Source of the DNA: Deinococcales bacterium | GTDB taxonomy: Bacteria; Deinococcota; Deinococci; Deinococcales; JAAFIG01 | Length of the DNA: 17,249 bases | Direction: 5' to 3' | Assembly (NCBI GenBank): GCA_031414595.1 | Contig: JANNVX010000079.1 | Location: 1 to 17,249, forward strand | Part shown: one piece after another, positions 8,600 through 16,661 of the stretch | Layout of the letters: every line of letters starts with the position of its first letter | Position numbering within the stretch: the stretch's first letter is position 1 | The notes under the pieces: generated by a model | The model's input: the letters and a program-made list of their open reading frames with translations, nothing else | Database searches by the model: none | Told to the model about the DNA's origin: nothing | Position numbers and translations under genes: made by a program

Positions 8600-9171
8600 G
8601 AGCCACCTGCTTTTTGAGTTGATTGCAAAACTTGATTGATTCGTTTTTCAAAGTCGGCTGCCTCGAGTGGACCGATTTTTTTAGAGACAATCACGCCAAA
8701 TTGATTGATAAAAAATGTTTCTGGTAAGCCAGTCACACCGTAACTGACTGCGTTTTTCCCATTGGGGTCAATTAGATTTGGATAGGCAAGACCAAATTCC
8801 GTCACAAAGGCTTGGGCTTTCTCGCGTGTGTCATTGTAAATGCTACCAACCACAATCAGATTTTTTTTGCCATATTTTTCTTGTGCAGCCCGCAGCAAAG
8901 GTGCTTCATCCCGACATGGGATACACCAAGATGCCCAGAAATTTAGAATTACCGTTTTTCCACGCAAGTTCTGTAAATCAAGAAAACCACCATTGAGCGT
9001 TTCAAGCCGAAAATTTGGGGCAATCCGACCAACCATTGGACTAGGACTGTTCATACTCGAGTTGGCTGGCATGGAAACCACCTGAAACACACGAACCCCG
9101 AGACCGATTAAGGTTACGAGTAAGACAACGGGCAACACAATTCGACGCAAGGATAAAGAAACCTGTGCCAT
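8596..9171 (-). CDS. TlpA/ResA-family thioredoxin-like disulfide reductase
   Basis: TM anchor, APNFRL, LNFWASWCIPC and YGVTGLPETFFI. ATG in a TGATG overlap (alternative TTG at 9174). Confidence 0.92.
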   Translation of the reverse strand: MAQVSLSLRRIVLPVVLLVTLIGLGVRVFQVVSMPANSSMNSPSPMVGRIAPNFRLETLNGGFLDLQNLRGKTVILNFWASWCIPCRDEAPLLRAAQEKYGKKNLIVVGSIYNDTREKAQAFVTEFGLAYPNLIDPNGKNAVSYGVTGLPETFFINQFGVIVSKKIGPLEAADFEKRINQVLQSTQKAGGS

Positions 9172-10355
9172 CAAGGAGTCCTTGACGTGGACCGAGTTTT
9201 TAAGCGTGGATCATTGGGGTTGACGGCAATAATCGCACCCCAAGGCACATAATTTGAATACAAGCGGTCTTTTCGTACCCCACCATTGGCATACAACACT
9301 GTGCGGTTTTGCCAAACGCTAATGCCATCCACTGCACGATCAATCTGGCGTTGCTGCCCAAGGCGAACAGTGGTATCGGCTTGAAAACGAGGTTGTGGCG
9401 CAGCCTTACGCAGACCAAAAACAGGGTCGGAAATTCGTACTTGGCGATTTGGTTTTGCTCCAAAAAAATTCACCTGCATGGTGTAACCACGAACATTAAC
9501 CTGCATAAAAATTGATGAGCCTGTGTCGTTACGAAATTTTAAGTTTTTATAGGGCGCATAGACTGTGGCTTCAAAACCGACACTGGGACGAAAATTCGGT
9601 GAAGCCAATTCGTAGTAACCTACCCGATAAGAGTGAAAATTGCGCTGTACAATTGGCAACCCGCTTAAATATGCGGCTCGCCAAACAGTTGTACTGACCT
9701 GACAAATACCACCGCCGACCTCTTTGACCAGCGTACCGGTTTTGATGACATAGCCATCCACAAAGCCACGTTCTGGACTGATGTTACCCACGGCTGCATT
9801 AAAATCAAACACGCCGTTGGGCAAAATCGTGACACCATCAATCAATGCCGAACCGACACGAATGTTCTGGACACGAAACGGTGCAGAATTATAAAAAGCG
9901 CTTTCTCCACCGCCAAAACGGTAGCGAATCCCTTGCTTGTACCAGGACTCAACGCTGCGTGATGGTGATTTGACCTCGACCACCAGAGGGCTAAAATTCC
10001 GCCCCTCAATCAGTGCCTCGAGCAACTGGGCGCGGGTTGCGGTTTCGTCAAGTACCCAAGCACTGCGTTGACGTGCCAGCCAACCAGAACCTTGCTCATA
10101 CCAAACTGCATCTTGAGGGGTGCGATTCAGGCTTTGAAAAATGTCAGTTAGTGCAGGTTCTAAGGCAGTTGAAACTTTGCCAAAGTTGCGGCTGCGTAGT
10201 ACGGCTCGAGGCGGTAAAGTGTAATTGCGATTGATTAAAACGGTTCGCAATTCACCAGCCCGAATTTCGCGTTCGTAAACCCTTAATTGAAGTTGAAACG
10301 GTGCTGTTTTAGTGATAGCAGATTGAGCCGCAACGGTTGAAGCGGTTAAGAACAA
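9171..10355 (-). CDS. VanW-domain protein (start uncertain)
   Basis: FDFNAAVG, GGGICQVSTT, NFHS, EATV and LKFRNDT VanW motifs, with a G5-like tail. Nearest canonical start is TTG 10355; the signal-like segment extends up to about 10379 and the frame stays open to ATG 11033. Confidence 0.8.
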   Translation of the reverse strand: MFLTASTVAAQSAITKTAPFQLQLRVYEREIRAGELRTVLINRNYTLPPRAVLRSRNFGKVSTALEPALTDIFQSLNRTPQDAVWYEQGSGWLARQRSAWVLDETATRAQLLEALIEGRNFSPLVVEVKSPSRSVESWYKQGIRYRFGGGESAFYNSAPFRVQNIRVGSALIDGVTILPNGVFDFNAAVGNISPERGFVDGYVIKTGTLVKEVGGGICQVSTTVWRAAYLSGLPIVQRNFHSYRVGYYELASPNFRPSVGFEATVYAPYKNLKFRNDTGSSIFMQVNVRGYTMQVNFFGAKPNRQVRISDPVFGLRKAAPQPRFQADTTVRLGQQRQIDRAVDGISVWQNRTVLYANGGVRKDRLYSNYVPWGAIIAVNPNDPRLKTRSTSRTP

Positions 10356-10363
10356 CGCAACAG

Positions 10364-11005
10364 CTAACGCCCTCGGTAACTGGCAACGTAAACCATGCTG
10401 CGTGGCAAAAATGCCATTGGGTTGATCACCGCCGAGCGACTGGAGCGAATCTCGAAATGCAGATGCGGTCCGCTCGAGAAACCGGTTGAACCGACCCGTG
10501 AAATCAACTGCCCTTGGCTGACTTTCTGACCGACTTTGACGCTTAGACTGGCGTTGTGTGCATACCAATACTCGCGTTTGTCGTTGCCACGAATCACCAC
10601 CAAATTGCCGTAGCCATAGCGATCCCAGCCAGCCCGAATGACTGTTCCAGACAAAGCCGCCAATACGGGTGTGTTCATCGGTGCGGCAATGTCCAAACCT
10701 GTATGGGGTTTGCCATTTAGCCCACGTTCGCCGTAGGACGTGGTGATGACACCACGCAGAGGGTAGAGTACCCGTTCTTGGCTGGTGCTGCTGGTTGGAC
10801 TGAGGCGCAAGACTTGACCAAGTTGTAATTGCTCTGAACTGAGGTTGTTCAGTTCTTTCAAGGTACTGACTGGAATTTGGTAGCGTTGGGCGATGTTCCA
10901 GAGTGTATCGCCAGTTTGAATCGTAATTAAGTTTGTCTGAGCAAGGGTTAAACCCAAGACCGTAAAGATACCCACCAAACCCATTTTGACCGTTTTTTTG
11001 TGCAT
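10364..11005 (-). CDS. LysM + M23 family peptidoglycan endopeptidase
   Basis: GGAGGGG RBS before ATG 11005, signal peptide, LysM (GDTLWNIAQRY) and M23 zinc motifs HTGLD, YAH and GPHLHFE. Confidence 0.93.
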   Translation of the reverse strand: MHKKTVKMGLVGIFTVLGLTLAQTNLITIQTGDTLWNIAQRYQIPVSTLKELNNLSSEQLQLGQVLRLSPTSSTSQERVLYPLRGVITTSYGERGLNGKPHTGLDIAAPMNTPVLAALSGTVIRAGWDRYGYGNLVVIRGNDKREYWYAHNASLSVKVGQKVSQGQLISRVGSTGFSSGPHLHFEIRSSRSAVINPMAFLPRSMVYVASYRGR

Positions 11006-11032
11006 TATCCCCTCCAAGGAATAGACTGTCCA

Positions 11033-12451
11033 TTAGCGCTTCACCTCGAGTGTCCCCATCATGCCTCTGTCTTCATGTTCGACAATATGGCAATGAAAAA
11101 CCGTTAAACCAGTAAAATGACTCAGTGGCACAGCAATCCTGACCAAATCATTTTTCTTGAGGTTGACCACATCTTTCCAAGCCCGAAATGGTTCAGGTTT
11201 TCCATTGCGGTCTATCACTTGAAATGGATAACTGTGAAGATGAAATGGATGATCCATGTCTGAGAGGTTCTGCAATTCCCAAATCTCGAGAGAATCCAAT
11301 TTGCCAGTAAAGTCAATCCGTGTAGGGTCAAAACTACGATTATTGAAAAAGAATTTAGCTTGCATCATCTGCTCAGAAAACACAATCCGCCGTGTTTTTT
11401 GCGCTTTACTGAGGTTCAGAGGCTCAATTGAACGAAACCCAGTAGGCAGGGGGGTTGGTTTGAGGTTATTTGGCGCAACAATGGTCAATAAAGTCACAGG
11501 CTGGGTGTTGTCTGACATTGCCATGCCGCCCATATTGCCCATGCCACCCATCATCATTGCGCCTCGTGCATAGGGCAGATTTTGTAATCGGAAGCTGCCT
11601 GCTCGGGTCAGTTGAACCATCACCTCTGCTCGTTCACCAGGCGCTAATAACAATTCCTCGAACATGACTGGTTTTTCAATAAAGCCCCCATCGGTAGCAA
11701 TCAGGTACATTGGGTGCTGCTCGAGTTTTAAGCGGTAATAACGGGCATTGCTGGCATTGATAAGTCGCAGACGTAAGGTGGCTTTTTGTGGGCGCAGCGT
11801 GGGCTTGTACGCACCATTGACCAGTTGTAAACTCCCTTCTTGTCCATTCATCCAATCCATCATGTCGTGGTTCTTGACTCGTTCACCAACCACGGCTAAG
11901 TCTTTTAGCAGCAGCAGGTGTTCTTCGGCGGCTTTCAGTTCTGGCATGGTATCCAGTTCACTATCCACTAGCAGCGCCCCGACCAAACCAGCTGCCATTT
12001 GTTGTGCCACCGAACCGTGAACGTGTGGATGATACCAATGTGTACCCCCTGAACCTTTGGGCAACTCAAAGGCATAGACATGTGACTGACCCGGTTGCAC
12101 CTCGAGCATTGGCTGGTCTATTTCTGGGGAAATGGCTAATCCATGCAGATGAAGGTTGCTTGGTTTGCTCAAGCGATTGGTGTAGGTCAGGCGTATGGTA
12201 TCGCCATCTTTGGCTCGCAAGACTGGGGCGCTAAAAGAATTATTGTAAGTCAGCAACGATAAGTTTTTCCCAGAAATAGGCAGACGACTTGCGCCAGATT
12301 CAAGTGTCCATTCGTGCAGCCCATTTGCACCTGTCGGTAAGTTATTTTGGGTAAAAGCACTGGCTCGCGCCCCTAATAACCATGCCAATACCGTTTCGCT
12401 GATGGCAATACCACCAATTCGCAAAATATCCCGCCGATTAAGTGGTGTCAT
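11033..12451 (-). CDS. Tat-exported multicopper oxidase (CueO/laccase-like)
   Basis: Twin-arginine LNRRDIL; copper motifs HLHG, WYHPH, HPFHLH and HCHIVEHEDRGM; Met-rich loop GAMMMGGMGNMGGMAM. Confidence 0.96.
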   Translation of the reverse strand: MTPLNRRDILRIGGIAISETVLAWLLGARASAFTQNNLPTGANGLHEWTLESGASRLPISGKNLSLLTYNNSFSAPVLRAKDGDTIRLTYTNRLSKPSNLHLHGLAISPEIDQPMLEVQPGQSHVYAFELPKGSGGTHWYHPHVHGSVAQQMAAGLVGALLVDSELDTMPELKAAEEHLLLLKDLAVVGERVKNHDMMDWMNGQEGSLQLVNGAYKPTLRPQKATLRLRLINASNARYYRLKLEQHPMYLIATDGGFIEKPVMFEELLLAPGERAEVMVQLTRAGSFRLQNLPYARGAMMMGGMGNMGGMAMSDNTQPVTLLTIVAPNNLKPTPLPTGFRSIEPLNLSKAQKTRRIVFSEQMMQAKFFFNNRSFDPTRIDFTGKLDSLEIWELQNLSDMDHPFHLHSYPFQVIDRNGKPEPFRAWKDVVNLKKNDLVRIAVPLSHFTGLTVFHCHIVEHEDRGMMGTLEVKR

Positions 12452-13446
12452 TGGGCGTTAATCCTTTGGCTGAGCCTGGCAATCGCATTTTTTAAGTACA
12501 CTGAACGGGTATCTTCGGTGTAGGCAGCTTTGAAGGCAGCAAGGGCTTTTCTAAATTGTCCAACTCGCTCGAGTGCATTCCCATAGTAGGTGTTAAGTTC
12601 TCGGCTGTTGGCATAGGCTTTTAAGGCAGTGGCTGCCACCCGAATGGTTTTTTGGTACAAACCAGCTTTATTCCATGCTTCAAAAGCGTCATGTTGATAC
12701 CAATAATGCTTTTTGCTCAACCCAAGTTGATCAGCTTGGTTAAAAGCATTGGCGGCTGGTTGAATCATGCCCTGAAATAACAACGACTGCCCAAGTCCCC
12801 ACCAAGCGTAAGCATCGTCGGGTGCTTTATTTAAGCGTGATTTGGCTAATGTTGCAAGGCGCTTGATGTTTGAGAATTTACTCCAATCGCTTCCTAAAAT
12901 ATCCTCGAGTTGCTTGGCTTGCTCAGGACGATAAGCAATCAAGTATTCTCCGCTATAGGGCTTAGTAAGCGTATTGAATGCACTGTCGGTTAAGCGAAAC
13001 TGCCCACCAAACATCGAATCACCAAATAATAGCGAATTGGCGGTGTAGCCGTAAGCAATCCGAAAATGTCCGATGTCGTCATCAAGCTTTTGTTGTTGAT
13101 GAAGAATCATAGGGAAATTGGCTTGAACCAAACGCCGTACCAAATCTGGGGTAATCAACCAACGTCGAACGGTGTTAAAACCGTTGGCTTGCAAATAGGC
13201 TGCTAATTCTGGTGTGGTAACGTTGCGGTCTGGATAGCTGCCTTTAAGTGCCGCAGCCGCTTCCGCTTGGGTGACATTCACACCCAGCAGCGATAAAGCC
13301 ATTTTTGCGGTGACTGGACCACAATTGTTCAGCCTTTGAAACTCAAAGCCAAGCGCTGAAGGAATGGTGTAGCTTGTTTGGTCTGTAGCTAATGCTATGC
13401 CTAGGCTGAGTCCGAATGTAATAATACCAATTTTGATCATCTTCAT
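12448..13446 (-). CDS. Exported C39-like cysteine peptidase with C-terminal TPR repeats
   Basis: Signal peptide ending ALA; QRLNNCGP, GHFRIAYGY and GDS motifs; TPR-like segments AYAWWGLGQ and YYGNALERVGQFRKALAAFKAA. Confidence 0.82.
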   Translation of the reverse strand: MKMIKIGIITFGLSLGIALATDQTSYTIPSALGFEFQRLNNCGPVTAKMALSLLGVNVTQAEAAAALKGSYPDRNVTTPELAAYLQANGFNTVRRWLITPDLVRRLVQANFPMILHQQQKLDDDIGHFRIAYGYTANSLLFGDSMFGGQFRLTDSAFNTLTKPYSGEYLIAYRPEQAKQLEDILGSDWSKFSNIKRLATLAKSRLNKAPDDAYAWWGLGQSLLFQGMIQPAANAFNQADQLGLSKKHYWYQHDAFEAWNKAGLYQKTIRVAATALKAYANSRELNTYYGNALERVGQFRKALAAFKAAYTEDTRSVYLKNAIARLSQRINAQ

Positions 13447-13476
13447 GCTGATTCCTCGTTTCGTAAACCTTGTGAT

Positions 13477-14331
13477 TTATGGCAACAGTGACTCTAAATT
13501 TGCAATCAAACTGGCACGGCTTAGTTCTCCAATTTGACGCGCTCGTAACAATCCATTTCGATCAATAAAAACTGTGGTCGGTAAGCCCACCCCACCAAAC
13601 ATTCGGTAAATCAGATGGCTCGAATCGGTGTCAGAACCATCGAGCCAAATGGGGTAATTGACTCCTAGGCTCGAGGTGGTTTCAAGAATTCGAGAAGCTG
13701 TTTCGCCAACATCAAAGCCGATAATTGCCACATCTCTGTTCTGGTAGGCTCGAGCTACTGACTCGAGCATCGGCATTTCGCGCCGACATGGTGGACACCA
13801 CGTTGCCCAGAAGTTCAGTACCACCACTTGACCTCGCAAATCACGCAGGCTGACAGCTTTGCCTTCAAGGTTGACCATCCTGACTTCGGGTGTAGCATCT
13901 CCAAGCAAAAGTGCATTTGAATTTGGCAAGCGCAACTTTGTCGCCTCAAACGTTATTAATGGTAACAACGCCGCAACCCCGAAAGCGATAAGCAGGGAAC
14001 GTAAATAGAGCGGCTTCAGTTCATAGCGCACATAGGCATACACACCACCAATAAACACGCCAGACCACGGCAAATAACCAGAATGCCAAACATACAAGGC
14101 GCTTAAAAGATCATCTTGAAAAGCGCCCCAATTCATAATCACAAAACCAAGCCGTGCGCCAATTAGTCCAGCTAGAGTGACCCCAATGGCGGCTGATTCA
14201 AGGGCTTTTGCTTCTGCTCCCATAAGTTTAGAGACCCGAAGTGCCAACCAAACTGCCAGCAACAACCCAAGAACCAGTGAAGCTCGTACCACTGGAATCA
14301 GAATCCCAAAGACCGAAATGGCATCAGGCAT
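13477..14331 (-). CDS. Fusion of an Lgt-like N-terminal membrane domain and a TlpA thioredoxin domain
   Basis: GLIGARLGFV...YVWHSG resembles the Lgt N-terminal half. C-terminal LNFWATWCPPC and GLPTTVFID. Confidence 0.85.
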   Translation of the reverse strand: MPDAISVFGILIPVVRASLVLGLLLAVWLALRVSKLMGAEAKALESAAIGVTLAGLIGARLGFVIMNWGAFQDDLLSALYVWHSGYLPWSGVFIGGVYAYVRYELKPLYLRSLLIAFGVAALLPLITFEATKLRLPNSNALLLGDATPEVRMVNLEGKAVSLRDLRGQVVVLNFWATWCPPCRREMPMLESVARAYQNRDVAIIGFDVGETASRILETTSSLGVNYPIWLDGSDTDSSHLIYRMFGGVGLPTTVFIDRNGLLRARQIGELSRASLIANLESLLP

Positions 14332-14335
14332 GGAG

Positions 14336-14743
14336 CTAACGCTGCCTCTGAATCATTTGATACCCTTTGGCGACCCAAGCATTAAAGCCACCTTTCAATT
14401 CGCGCAGGTTGGTGTAGCCCATTTTGACCAGTTGTTGTGCTGCAATTTGGCTCATTCGACCACTGCGGCAGTAAATCACGATTTCAGCTTTTTTATCTTT
14501 GGGTAAGTTCTTGGCACTCGAGATTGCATCAAAGACGATAAACGCATCTGTGCCAGCTATTTCGCCTTCGTAGGGGATATGAACGTTGACCAAAAAAAAG
14601 TCTTTACTTGCCAGTTGTGCTTTGAGTTCGCTTGGCTCGAGTTGATAATAAATCCCGTTGGCAGTGCGAATTTGTGTTTGTGGGACTGGATGTGCCAAGG
14701 CAATTGAAATCAGTAAAAACGCTGTGCTAAGTAAAAGTTTCAT
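14336..14743 (-). CDS. Exported single-domain rhodanese (PspE-like)
   Basis: GGAG RBS before ATG 14743, signal peptide ending ALA, active loop YCRSGRMS and LKGGFNAW. Confidence 0.9.
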   Translation of the reverse strand: MKLLLSTAFLLISIALAHPVPQTQIRTANGIYYQLEPSELKAQLASKDFFLVNVHIPYEGEIAGTDAFIVFDAISSAKNLPKDKKAEIVIYCRSGRMSQIAAQQLVKMGYTNLRELKGGFNAWVAKGYQMIQRQR

Positions 14744-14751
14744 AAAACTCC

Positions 14752-14784
14752 AAAAAAAGCCTCCTGTCATAACAAGAGGCTTTT
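14752..14784 (-). terminator. Intrinsic terminator after the first operon gene
   Basis: Minus strand AAAAGCCTCTTGT-TATG-ACAGGAGGC-TTTTTTT forms a hairpin followed by a 7-U tract. Confidence 0.8.
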
Positions 14785-14793
14785 AACGCCAAC

Positions 14794-15411
14794 TTAGATG
14801 TTCTTGGTTTTTAACCAACCTTCGTACTGCTTAATTTCTTTGCTTTGGTCATTCACCACGGCTTGCCCAAATTTCTTGAGTTCTGGGCGCAAGGCACGTT
14901 TAATGGCATCTTTACCCATTGCTACCGCGTGCTGATGGTGTGGAATCATGCCCTCGAGAAAACTGCGGTCAATTGGCATTGCCATACCTGCCATTGGCTG
15001 CATTCCACCCATAGATGTATCCATCATCGATTTCATATCGGCTTTCATCATTGCCATTTGCTTAGGGTCTGGTGTGGCTTTGTACCAATTTTTAAGCCAA
15101 GTGGTCATTTGCAAAATTTCTTTGTCTTGGGCATTGATAATTTTTTGTGCGGCGGCTTTAACATCTTTATCCAGACAATTTTTAACACACAGCTTGGACA
15201 TTTCAACTGCCCCACGGTGATGCTCTATCATTTGTGATAACCAAGCAATGTCGTAGTTTTTACCGCTCAGTTTGGCAAGTGCTTTTGCGCCGGAATCGCC
15301 CATATTGCCCATTTTCATATCGCCCATGTTCATTTGTGCCACGGCTGGAACGGTTAGGGCTGCTAAACCGAGTGTGCCAATAAAACCCAATGCCAATAAA
15401 ATCTTTTTCAT
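14794..15411 (-). CDS. Met-rich DUF305 (CopM-like) exported copper-binding protein
   Basis: GAGG RBS before ATG 15411, signal peptide, two intact repeats MIEHHRGAVEM and MIPHHQHAVAM, and very Met-rich linkers. Confidence 0.92.
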   Translation of the reverse strand: MKKILLALGFIGTLGLAALTVPAVAQMNMGDMKMGNMGDSGAKALAKLSGKNYDIAWLSQMIEHHRGAVEMSKLCVKNCLDKDVKAAAQKIINAQDKEILQMTTWLKNWYKATPDPKQMAMMKADMKSMMDTSMGGMQPMAGMAMPIDRSFLEGMIPHHQHAVAMGKDAIKRALRPELKKFGQAVVNDQSKEIKQYEGWLKTKNI

Positions 15412-15442
15412 GTGATTAACCTCGAGTAGTAGCCTACGAAGT

Positions 15443-15518
15443 TTGTGTTCAGCTTTGATAAAGCCCATTTATTGTCTTTAGAACGGGTTTTTTTGACTTA
15501 TGTTAAGTTTGTGTAAAG
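15443..15518. promoter_or_regulatory. Two tandem direct-repeat pairs with 11-bp period; putative OmpR/PhoB-type response-regulator boxes in the divergent promoter
   Basis: TTGTGTTCAG-c-TTTGATAAAG (15443-15463) and TTATGTTAAG-t-TTGTGTAAAG (15498-15518), offset by 55 bp. Confidence 0.5.
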
Positions 15519-15996
15519 TGTACTTTGTGGTCTCAGATGCCGAAGTTGGCTCATGAGGCTTACAACAAATCCTAGATACTGCTCCGCATTTGGTAATTCT
15601 TGATGTCAAAAGCGTACTCGAGCAAACTGAAACCCATCGGATTGAACTGCTTGGCACAGTTGCCCATGAACTCCGCACCCCGCTTTCTGGGTTGCTTGGT
15701 TACAGCCAAGGAATGCTCGATGGGGTTTTTAGTGTTGAACACACCGCACCGGGGTATTGGTGTGGAAGTCAAACGACTAGGCTGTGTTGACTTTCAGTCA
15801 AAATTGGGGCAATTTAAGGTGTGACTAACGTATCTCTAACCAAAGTACAATGGAAAAAAATTCTTGAATTCCTCAAAACACGAAACGACCTTTACATCGG
15901 TCAACCCACGAACTGCAAACGATTCATTAATGCCGTTTTTTGGATACTCAGGAGTGGCGCACAATAGAGACTTTTACCAAAGAAATATGGCGACTG

Positions 15997-16037
15997 TCTT
16001 GACCCCTACAGCAGCACCTGACGGGCTTGGGTCGCTG
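15997..16037. other. 41-bp insertion in transposase orfA
   Basis: 38 bp flanked by a CTG repeat (15994-15996 and 16035-16037). Removal restores frame and gives KYGDWNSIYKRF. Internal GACCC...GGGTC inverted repeat. Confidence 0.65.
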
Positions 16038-16520
16038 GAACAGTATTTACAAAAGATTCAACCGATGGTCGGAACGGGGAATTTGGACAGCCATATTTGA
16101 GCATTTCGCAGGCGACGCAGATATGGAAACAATCATGATCGACGCAAGTATTGTCCGAGCGCACTCTAGCGCTGGGGTAAAAGGGGGGATGCTGAGGAGG
16201 AAGCACTAGGACGCAGTAAAGGCGGTTACACCACGAAAATCCATACTTTGGTTGATGCACTGGGTAATCCGATCCGAATTTGTTTAACTGGTGGTCATCG
16301 CCATGATGTAACACAAGCAGAAAAATTACTTGAAGGCTGGGAAACAGAGCGGATACTTCGGGTGCTTGCAGATAAAGGATATGACTCTGACGCGATTATT
16401 GCGATGATTGAAGCGATGAAAGCTGAAGCTGTGATACCACCAAAGGCAAATCGAGTAGTTCAACGTGAGTATGACAAAGATTATTACAAAGAACGCCATC
16501 TGGTGGAGTGCTTTTTCAAT

Positions 16521-16661
16521 CTCTTCGGGTCTGATTCCCCGAGGCTTGCCTCGTAGCCGCGAAGCGGAGTGCTTTTGTGCTTTTCACTAATTCCTCGAGA
16601 ACGTTGTTTGCGTTAAGATGCCGTTTTAATACCCCGAGGCAAGCCTCGGGGATTTTTTATT
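16521..16661. mobile_element. 141-bp non-autonomous palindrome-ended element (REPIN-like or IS200/IS605-derivative-like)
   Basis: Interrupts TTC AAT|AAG TTA with no clear duplication. TCCCCGAGGCTTGCCTCG (16536-16553) and CGAGGCAAGCCTCGGGGA (16635-16652) are exact inverted copies, and each is itself a hairpin. Confidence 0.8.

Noticed and set aside
5694-9171. Complete cytochrome c maturation system II
   Set aside because: ccdA and resA-like genes are present, but no resB/ccsA and no c-type cytochrome gene was recognised in the window. The CSFCH string in the DsbA protein is its thioredoxin active site.
15740-15757. CACCGCACCGGGGTAT as a CsoR operator
   Set aside because: Symmetry is imperfect and it lies inside kinase coding remnant, not in a promoter.
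15864-16314. ORFs 15864-16100 (+) and 16006-16314 (-) as genes
   Set aside because: They are alternative frames of the broken IS5 transposase.
16536-16652. Palindromic repeats as a CRISPR array
   Set aside because: There are only two copies, in inverted orientation, with no regular spacers and no cas genes.
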